Of a DNA stretch of 64,000 nucleotides, positions 54,840 to 64,000 are shown piece by piece. Source of the stretch: Octopus sinensis (lineage: Eukaryota); the NCBI RefSeq assembly GCF_006345805.1, contig NC_042998.1:143654001-143718000 (forward strand), given 5' to 3'. Made by a program: the position numbers and the translations under genes. Within the stretch, counting starts at the first letter, position 1. Each line of letters opens with the position of its first letter. A model generated the notes under the pieces. The model searched no databases. It had not been told where the DNA came from and worked only from the letters and a program-made list of their open reading frames with translations.

Positions 54840-55850
54840 GTATTGTTTTAGTCTTTAAGTTCCACATTTTGCTAATTTCTATTTCAAGATCTTTATACTT
54901 GCTCAGTTTTTGGTAGGTCTTGACAGATACGTTTATATCGATTGGGACAGTTATATCAATGAGGAGGCATGATTTTTGTCAAAAGTCTTTCAATATAATG
55001 TCTGGCCTATTTGCATCTATCTGTCTGTCAGTTTGAATGGTGAAGTTCCAGAGTAGTGGGAAGTGATCATTTTCAAGCACTGGAGGTTGTTTGTGTTCCC
55101 ACCAGTTTTTATCATGGGGCAGGTCCAGGTTTTTGCAAATTACCCAGTGAATATACTGTGCTACTCTATCATGCCTGCTGAGATACTCTGTAGGCGCAAG
55201 AAGACTGCACATGGAGACAAGATGATCAATGGTTTCATTTTGTTGTTGACATACACATGTTGGGAAGCTACCGTTCTTTAATATGTTGGTCTGGTAGTTT
55301 CTTGTAGGTAAGCATTGATCTTTGCCTACTATAATAAACCCTTCTGTTTCTGATTTTGAGCCAGAAGCCATTAGCCACTGACGGGCAGGGGCTTTGTCAA
55401 CATCGGCACTACTAGCTCTCTTTGGATATTTGCCATTGAGAGGTTTTTCTTGTCATTTATCAGTAAGAATATCTAAAAGGCAGTAGTTTTAGCACGGGTT
55501 TTCAAACGCTTAGCTTTTTCTGTGTTTGTTTCTAGTTCGTCTAATTCTGAAATTTGTTGTATTTGGAATTCACTTTGATATTCCTTTGCCTGTTTTGTTA
55601 CTGAGTATGATGCTTTCTTATTTTCATGTTTTGAGACAAGTTTTAACATCCAGTGATCAGAGTTTTTCAGGTAGGTGTCTAAGCCATTTGTGGCAATCTT
55701 CATCGACAATTCCAGTTGTAAAATTCCACGGCTTCCCTCTTTTCTTAGCAGATAAAGTCGTTCTATATCTGCCTTAGGGTGGTGCATTCTATGCATTGTC
55801 AACAATTTTCGTATTTTTCTGTCAAGATTACATATTTCAGTAATTGACCA
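54840..55850 (-). mobile_element. R4/Dong-like non-LTR retrotransposon fragment (RT thumb, zinc knuckle, restriction-like endonuclease)
   Basis: LLTMHRMHHPKADIERLYLLRKEGSRG; KSETEGFII..DQCLPT; ETIDHLVSMCSLLAPTEYLSRHD; LLWNFTIQTDRQIDANRPDII..LIDITVP. Confidence 0.88.
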
Positions 55851-56030
55851 TCATCATCATCATCATCATCATCGTCGTCGTCGTCGTCGTCGTCATCGTT
55901 ATCGTCGTCATCATCATCATCATCATCATCATCGTCATTGTTGTCGTAGTCATTATCATCATCAACATCGTCGTCGTCGCTGTCGTCATCGTTACTGTCG
56001 TCGTAGTCGTTATTATTCTCAGTGTAATCG

Positions 56031-56091
<61 letters not shown>

Positions 56092-56289
56092 ATGTAGAGA
56101 AATGAAATGTTCCTTGCGTCGAAAGTACGAGATCCTATTGACCAGAGAATCAGTGGTTCGCATCCTTTAACCTGCACTACAATGTGTCCCTAACCAAGAC
56201 ACTCAGTGTATGTGGATCAAATCCCCTTGTCTGTAAATAAATCTGTCTTAGTTATTGCAACTCGCCATGGAGCTTCAGAGAGCACTGGG

Positions 56290-56590
56290 TAGTGATCTTG
56301 GATAGTAGATAGTGACTTTAGATAGTGATCTTGGTAAATAGGTATGATTTTTGATAGTATGTAGGGACCTTAGATAATTAATAATGACCTCAGATCATGA
56401 ATAATGACTTCGAGTAGTGGGTAATTATCTCGGATAGTTGATATTCCTCTTTGGTAGTGGTTAGTGACATTGGATAGGGAGTAATGATTTGGGGGTAGTA
56501 AGTATTGATCTTGGGTATTGTGTAGAGACTACGAATAGTAGATAGTGGTCTTAAGTAGTCGACTGTGACCTTAGATAGTGAATGGTGAGC
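56290..56590. repeat. Degenerate minisatellite, unit of about 20 bp (consensus near GTGACCTTAGATAGTAGATA), about 14-15 copies
   Basis: Units such as gtgatcttggatagtagata, gggaccttagataattaata, atgacctcagatcatgaata and gtgaccttagatagtgaatg. Confidence 0.75.
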
Positions 56591-57349
56591 AGAAATCCTG
56601 GATGGTGAGCATTCTTCTTGAATAATAGGTAGTGAACTTATGATGTGGATTGTGACCTCAATCATTACAAAAGAATACGACGACCCTACATTACACTGTT
56701 TCGGATGCAGCTGGCCCCTGCTCATAGTACCTGGAATGAACTCCTATCCAGGGTAACGGATTCACTTCCCTTCGACTTCGAAATACTGGGTTAATATCAG
56801 ATACAGCCGCTACTAGGCCATATTGAGGAGGGGGGATGGAATGCAAAACTGACGACCTTGTCTTCAGGACTTAGATCTCACCAGACTGTAAATACGCTCC
56901 CAATCTTTCAGTAGTTCAACTCAAAAGTTATCAACGACGAACAGTTCATTTAACCTATAGGCTGAAATCTTCCCAGGAATATAAAACATGGAAGGGAATT
57001 TGTTCCACCAAACTGTCTTAGATTCCTGACATCAAAAGCAAGACTCAGATAATCCAAAAAATCACTAAGAAGGTGAAAAAAATTATAAATAATAATGATT
57101 TTATGATTGGCTACAAAACATTAGATTTGTCGGAGAAAATAAATCAATCCGATACGATCTTGTAGAGATGAAAGGGGAAAAATCAATCCCAATGAGATTT
57201 CAACCGAGACCACAGTAGGGCTGCAACCTTTTTCCTTATTTTTTTTCTTATTTTTTTTTTTTTTAGATATATATTTCGGTTGAAGTATTAACGTTTCAGT
57301 CAATTCCGGTTTGGATGTGAATAATAAGACTGTAGAGCATAACAGATAT

Positions 57350-57515
57350 TGGTTTCAAATTTTGGCAGAAGCCAGCAATTTCAATGAGTATATCGATTAC
57401 ATCGATCCCAGTGCTGAAATGGTACTTATTTTATCGGCCTTGAAAGGATGAAAGGCAAAGTCGACTTCGGCAGAATTTGAAATCAGGACGTAAAGACGGG
57501 CAAAATGCAGCTAAA
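57350..57515 (-). mobile_element. SINE family B
   Basis: ggtacttattttatcggccttgaaaggatgaaaggcaaagtcgacttcggcagaatttga. Confidence 0.8.
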
Positions 57516-57639
57516 CACAATAAATATTAAAAATAGTATCGTGTTATAAACTAACCTTTTCCAGAAACACTTTTCATTACTTTTTTCTATGGTACGACTT
57601 ACCTCAATAAGTAGAGTAACGGGCAACATGTACATCTTA

Positions 57640-59975
57640 CAAAACCATATTCAGCAATACATACTAATTATTAAACTTACTATTAAGTCCACCTTCCTAA
57701 TGAAACATAACTGTTATTATCCGAAGCTTCTAAGAGTGAATACACACAGAGGACTATATAAATATAATAGATTGCCATTTGGTCTGAAGGTCGCACCTGA
57801 AATATTTCAACAGTTCTGTCTTTATGTTCTGAGTTCAAATTCTGCCGAAGTCGACTTTGCTTTTCATCCTTTCTGGGTTGATAAAGTAAGTACCAGTTGC
57901 GTACTGGGGTCGAGCTAATTGACTGGTCCCCTCCCCCAAAATTTCGGGCCTTGTGCCTAGAGTAGAAAAGAATATTTCAACAGGCTATGGATGCGATGTT
58001 GATGGACTGTCAACTTGAAATTCCATACTTCGATGATGTATTAAAAGTGAATCTCGTGATCAGCATATCGAACATGTCAAATGTGATTTTCAAAAAATAA
58101 GAGATTACGGTTTCACACCCAGTGAAGAGAAACGTGAATTTTTTTTGCCAAAAATTAAATATCTAGGATAAATTGTAGATAAAAATGGAAGACGACCTGG
58201 CCCGTCGAGGGCAGACGCAATTAGTGATATTACAAGCTTTTCTTAGCCTAGCGAGCTATTATCAAAATTACATACCAAACATGTATGAATTGAGAGCTCC
58301 ACTTAATTTGCTAAAGAAAGACGCCAAATAGAATTGATGAAAGGCGTTTCAAGATAATTAAAAAATATTAATTTCGGATTTGTCACTGGCTCATTTCGAT
58401 CCTGCAGCAGAGATTGTAGCTTCTAACGCTTCTGAATATGGTGTAGAATCAGTTTTGCTATACAAATATAAAGACGGTAATATGAAGGCGGTGGTTCATG
58501 CCTCAAGTGCTCTGATTGCAGCAGAAAAAAAATACACTCAGATAGAGAAAGAAACTCTAGCGATTATTTTTACCGTGAAGAAATTTCACAGATTTCTCCA
58601 CTGTAGAAAATTTCGGCTTCAGATGGACCACCGACTGTTACTATCAATTTTCGGATCGAAGACAGGAATTCTTACCCATACAGTTAACAGATTACAACGC
58701 TGGGGTACAATATTGTTAAATTACAACTTTAAGATGGAGTGCATTCCTTCTAAGAAAATTGACCATGCGGATTGTTTATCTAGGCTAATTCCGAAGAATG
58801 CAGAACCGCTCGAAGATACGGCGATAGCTGCATTACAATCAGAAAAGAAAATTAAAAACGTTATGTGCAATGTCAATCAGGAGTTGCCAGTGGCTGTACA
58901 AGATATAAAAAGTAAATCAGCGGAGGACAAATACATCATAAAAATGAAGGAAACCTTCAAAAATAAACAAAAGTAGAACACGAAGGCGAAATATTTTTTA
59001 CTCTGCGATGATGTATTAATGTACACACGAAGAGTTACGTGTATTGACCGACAATGGACCAGGACATTGAAAATTTGGTGAAATCATGTGGAGGTTTTGC
59101 GCTAGCAGCCAAGGCACCACCGGTAAAATACCAATCGTGGCCTGAGACGGATCGTCCATGATCCAGGGTACACAGAGACTACGCTGGACCAGTGAATGGC
59201 GCGTACTACTTGATCATTGTTGATAGCTTTACTAAGTGGCCGGAAGTATGTAGGTGCAGTCAACCTACCTCGGAGGCAACAATGAAGTTCCTGCACGAAC
59301 TTTTTGCTCGATACGGTGTTCCGGACACCATAGTATCAGACAATGGAACATAATTTACAGGATACAAGTTCAAGAAATCCTGCAAAATGCATACGTTCAA
59401 ACGCGTTTACTCCACCCTACCACCCAAGGTCAAATGGGCAAACAGAACGATTCGCGAGCGCTAAAAAAGGCAAGGAACGAGTTAGGAAATGATGAATCGC
59501 TAACTAAATTTTTATGGGTGTACAGAATAACGCCCAATCCGATTACCAGTTGAGGCAAGTCGCCTGCAGAGCTAATGTTCGCACGAAAGATTAAATAGAT
59601 TTTCGACAAATTGTTGCCAAAGGAAAAAACGTTTAGAGAAAATACAAAAAATTCAACTAAACATTTTGATGTCGGAGACAAAGCCCATTTCAAAGTATTC
59701 AAGGACGGTAAAGAGAGTTGGCAGGATGGTGTAGTGACTAAAAGAATTGGAAACATTATGTAATTTAATAAAAGGTCAGCGATGGGAGCATAAATGACAC
59801 CTAAATCAATTAAAAATCAGACACACAGAAGAAAGGAAGTAAGTTCCAATGGAAATGTTTTACGATATGTTCGATTCGCCAGCACCGAAAGAGATTGAAC
59901 CTAGAAAGAGCAGTAACAGAAAACGGAAACAGACTAAACATTTAGAAATAATTCCTAAGCGGAAAAGGTACTGAA
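57640..59975 (+). mobile_element. Decayed Ty3/Gypsy pol: RT, RNase H, integrase
   Basis: VNTHRGLYKYNRLPFGLKVAPEIFQQ; YFDDVL; LAHFDP..ASEYGV..YTQIEKETLAIIF.VKKFH..DHR.L..NRLQRW; VHRDYAGP..IVDSFTKWPEV..YGVPDTIVSDNG. Confidence 0.9.
57814..57970 (+). mobile_element. 5'-truncated SINE family B inserted in the Gypsy RT with a 13-bp target-site duplication
   Basis: AATATTTCAACAG at 57801-57813 and 57971-57983; the RT frame continues across the excised insert. Confidence 0.9.
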
Positions 59976-59979
59976 CTCT

Positions 59980-61865
59980 CCATCATCATCATCATCATCA
60001 TCATCCAGTGTTTTAAATCCGGGTCTTGTCCCCGTTAACGGGGGTGGCCGGATCTACCTCAATGCCATAGCAACCTCCTTCACACCATGTCACCATCTTG
60101 CCCAGTTTTGGGCGTCCTTCCTTCTCAAGTCAATTCTTCCAATCTCCTCCTCCACCTGTCCCCTCCACGTTTTCCTAGGTCTACCTCGCTTTCGCGGTCC
60201 ATTTACCTAAAACTCAAGTACCCTCCTCAGAACATGCTCCTCATCCCTCTCCAACAAATGCCCATACCACTGCACTCCATTCGCCCTAGCCAGCTGTTCC
60301 ACCGATTCCTCCAACCCCATCATCCCCATCAAGTCCTCAGTCCTCCTCTTATCAAACAGCTTCACACCACGTATTTCTCGTACCATTGTTCTCTCGGTTC
60401 TTCTCAAAATTGCCATCTCTCCCCCCATCAGACACCATGTCTCACTCCCATACAGCATTGCAGCTCCCACGCAACTCCTACAGACCCTTTCTTTCATCTT
60501 CAATGAGAACCTTTTCCCATATAACAACGCTCCACATTCCCTGAACATCACCCAGCCAAGTCTTGCTCTTGCTGTCACAGATGCTTCACATCCACAACTT
60601 ATATCCACCCTATCTCCCAAATAACAAAGCCCTCTCACCGTTTCCACCTCGTCACATAGCGTTTCCAGTGGTTCTGCCAGCCCTCCAGCTCCCTTCTCAC
60701 ATCTTCCACAGGTAAACTCTCTTGCCAGTCTTGGGGTCACCTTCTTCATTTTCGTACATCTAACATGAATCCATTTCTCACATCTCGTACACAACACTGT
60801 ATTTGCAATTACCCTCCTCCCACATACACCACATGGATCCACCTTACTCTTTAACACTTCTTTTTCCACCCCGCTTACCATCACCTTTGTCTTCCCGAGG
60901 TTTATCTTCAAACCTTTGTTCTCAAACGCCTCCTTCCATTTCTAAAGCTTCTCCCTCAATTCCTCCATCGTCTCGCTCATCGGAACAAGGTCATCTGCAT
61001 ACAGTATCTCCATTATCAGTCCCTCTCTTGCACTCTCCGTCACCATATCAACCACTATTGCAAACAACAACGGTGACAACACAGATCCCTGATGCACACC
61101 AACTTTCACTGCAAACTCCTCCGACAGCTTTGATCCAATTCTAACTCTTATCTTTACCCCCTCATACAAACTCATCACTGCCCTCTCTATTACCTCTAAT
61201 GCACCTATCTTCCTCAATGCCCACTTAATCACCTTCCTTGGAACCCTATCAAATGCCTTCTCCAGATCAACGAAGCACATGTACAACTCCTTCTCCTTAT
61301 CTCGGTATTCCTCTTGCAATCTCCTTACAATGAACACTGCATCTATTGTCCCTTTTCCTGGCATAAAACAAAATTGCATTTCGTCCACATCCACCCCTTT
61401 CCAAATTCTCCTCTCCAACACCCTTTCCACTATCTTCATTGCATGCTCCAATAACTTCACCCCCCTATACGCCACTCATCGCAACCCCCTTCCCCTTGAA
61501 GATCGGTACCACCACACTCAGTGCCCAATCATCCTGGCATTCCTCTTCCATGCAGCACACCCTGACAGAGCTCCGTCATCGCAACAATCCCTATCTCTCC
61601 ACTTGCATTTTGATGGACCAGCTGCTTTTCCTGTTTTCATTTCCTTCATTGCCTCCACTATTTCCTTCTGACTAACCCTCTCCACTTGCTCCTTCACCAC
61701 AGCAACTTCCACCCTCTGATCCCATTCATTCTCTTCGTTCATAATTCCCTCCAAATGCTCCTTCCAAACTCTCCCCCTGTCCTTCTCATTAAAATTCAAC
61801 CTTCCATCACTCCCCTTCATGCATCTTTCTCCCTTAACATCTCTTCCATCTTTTTCATTGGTTTA
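59980..61865 (-). mobile_element. 5'-truncated RTE-clade LINE with (ATG)n 3' tail
   Basis: ORFs 61518-61820, 60942-61475 (FVDLEKAFDRVPR; GVHQGSVLSPLLF; ILYADDLV) and 60207-60911 (INLGKTKVM..YLGD..AMLYGSETW..QWYGHLLER). Confidence 0.92.
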
Positions 61866-61985
61866 ATAGACCTAAATTGATTTAATAAACCTAGGGAAGC
61901 AAAATTTCAAAAAGAGAGGGAACTGTTGGAAAAAAAAAGAAAATAATAATAAAATAAATTCGTTTCCTATGGAAGTCGAAATCTC

Positions 61986-62257
61986 AAAAGGGGAGATGTG
62001 GAGAGAGTCATGATACCCACTGCAAGAATTGACTTGACCGAACGACTATAAATAGTAGCGGTCTCAGTGAAAAGCAGAGAAGGCGTTAATCGTAGTAAGT
62101 CATAAGGTGTCGTTTTGGTAGTTTGTCGTAATATCGTTTGTTAGTTCGTGGAGAGTTCGTGGAGAGTTTGTTGGATCGTTACGTTGTCGTTACCCTGCTT
62201 CGTTATATATTTTACTGTTACTACACGGTTAGGGTGTAAAAAAGTATCATCATAACA
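61986..62257 (+). mobile_element. Polypurine tract and candidate 3' LTR of the Gypsy element
   Basis: AAAAGGGGAGA (61986-61996) directly followed by TG (61997); TATAAATA at 62047; possible CA ends at 62225 or 62257. No partner LTR is in the window. Confidence 0.55.
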
Positions 62258-62539
62258 ATTGGTGATACAACACATATTATAACCGTCAAAAAATCAAATA
62301 GTCTCCCTTGGCATGACAAACAAAATTTGCATCTCAAAGACTAGTGTTCTTCTTCTGAACAAAACAATACTTCCTTCCCGATCATTTGCTGACACTCTAC
62401 AAAGATATATTCTATTAACATAGAGTTTTGCAATTACTCCACACCCAAAACCTCTAGGCTAGATCGAGAATAAAAAAAAATGGGGTTGCCTGACTTAAAA
62501 ACCCCGAACGACTGGAAACATTTATCGTTGACTGTGAGA

Positions 62540-62860
62540 AAGAGATTCAGCATATCATTAGAACAATACGCCATGCATACATTGCCTGCAATATTGATAA
62601 TAAAGGCAACCACTCCTTCACCTAGATTAGATTCTACATCCCATCCTGCTTTGAAACATTTGTTTTTGCTATCCAGGAATAGGTGATAGCTACTGATCAA
62701 TAATAATTGCTGACAAAAAACATCGATTCTACCATAGCAGTGTAGAAGATATCGCTTACATCATCGCCAGTTTCTCAACACCTGAAAAGTAGTACCTTCG
62801 TTTGAAACATGACCACATAATCTTGTTATTTACAATGTTGCCTCTCAGGAGGGATTGTCC
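62540..62860 (+). mobile_element. Very old R4/Dong-like remnant
   Basis: ETFVFAIQE*VIAT..VEDIAYIIAS..YLRLKHD parallels the ETEGF..Q-D..ETI.H..RHD motifs at 55000-55370. Confidence 0.4.
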
Positions 62861-63402
62861 TGAGAGTCATACCAGGAATTATAACAGAATCTAAAGGCAT
62901 CTACAGCTTTAAATATTAGAAATACTGGTGGGACATACATTTAAAAACAACAATCTGCCGCAAATACAATATACCTGTAATTGTTCTATAGAACAGAACA
63001 CGAAAGTCATTCACTGTTTTTGTTGCAGAGATTAGTTGATCAACAGGTGTGAATGTCTCCACTAAGGTGGCGGCGAACTAATCTGGAACTTAGAACCATT
63101 TGTACGTGTTATCACAGGCATTCTTGTACCACAGGTACTTTTGTATCACAGGAACCCTTGTATCGCATCTGTACATGTGATTACTGATATACAGGACGGC
63201 TGACTGTTTAAGAAGTTCCCTCCACAATCGTGAGGTACCATGTTTAACACTTTGTGTCTGAGTTTGCTTGGTATCTTGTAGGTTAGATAGAAATGAGTTC
63301 TACCAGTCCTTAACACTTATATGATACTACGTACCGATAGCTGAAGTGGTCTGTGGCACATGTAGCTCAATGTAATCTAAGTTGATCTACGTTTAATATA
63401 TA

Positions 63403-64000
63403 GGGCTGTCAGATAAATACGCTCGTTTCATTCCAGTGTTGTTTGAATTAACGCGAAAAATTTATTTATCGTAGTCTTTTATGGTTATTACAGTTCTATT
63501 CTTCCCATACAACTTTTGTTTATCGTTTCTGAATTTTGAATATTTTTTTCCTTTTCAGATATATGTCGAATAGAGTGCCAAAGAAGAATAAAATGAATAT
63601 TTTCCACAGCTGCTTCTCTACGCTTTCAGTCAAGTTTCCAAAGTTGCCAAAGTCACTCGAGATATTTGTGCTGTGTACAGAAAAGGGGCTATTACTCAAA
63701 ACACTTCACAGAAATGGTTTTCATGCATTAAAGTGAAATTTGATCTCAGACACTGCGTTTCGGCCGACCTGCTCAGTTCAATGACGATCGATTGGACAAC
63801 CTTCTCAACAAAGGTCTTCGCTAATTCACTACTCAATTCGCCCAGCAGATGGGATGCTTTTATAATATCGTCACCTGTTCCCTTCACACGATGGATAAAG
63901 TCCAAAATCTCGGTGCATAAGTATCGCGAGCTCTGAACGAAGGTGACAAACTCCAGCGCTCCCCTACCGCCAAAAGTTTGCTCGCTCGACACCAGGTTTG
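63403..64000 (+). mobile_element. Mariner element 5' part (candidate terminal repeat after TA, decayed N-terminal DNA-binding domain); runs off the window
   Basis: TRDICAVYRKGAITQNTSQKWFS..FDL..SGRPAQFNDDRLDNLL..QFAQQMGC..VQNLGA*VSRAL; TA|GGGCTGTCAGATAAAT at 63401. Confidence 0.72.

Overview
AT-rich animal genomic DNA, very likely from an octopus. This is inferred from recall of the SINE families and the extreme (TA)n/(CA)n/(ATT)n/(GATA)n load, not from a database match. I found no convincing host protein-coding exon, rRNA, tRNA or CRISPR array, and most ORFs in the supplied track are microsatellite translation artefacts. The window is almost entirely mobile DNA. It holds a terminus-to-terminus Helitron (761-7334, minus strand, Rep-Helicase broken into 5 frames) and a near full-length Penelope-like element (PLE, 15651-21716) with RT, GIY-YIG endonuclease and direct plus inverted pseudo-LTRs (pLTRs). 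It also has fragments of other PLEs, CR1, RTE, R4/Dong-like LINEs, mariner, a Gypsy pol with PPT and candidate 3' LTR, several SINE families, fold-back MITE-like elements and a 100-N gap. The most notable pattern is a set of PLE-associated type I hammerhead-ribozyme-like motifs with non-canonical features: a CCGAAGA core with a structured 92-nt stem II insert, a dispersed CUGUNGAA-core family, and a 162-bp palindrome carrying one hammerhead per arm. None of these has been tested for activity.
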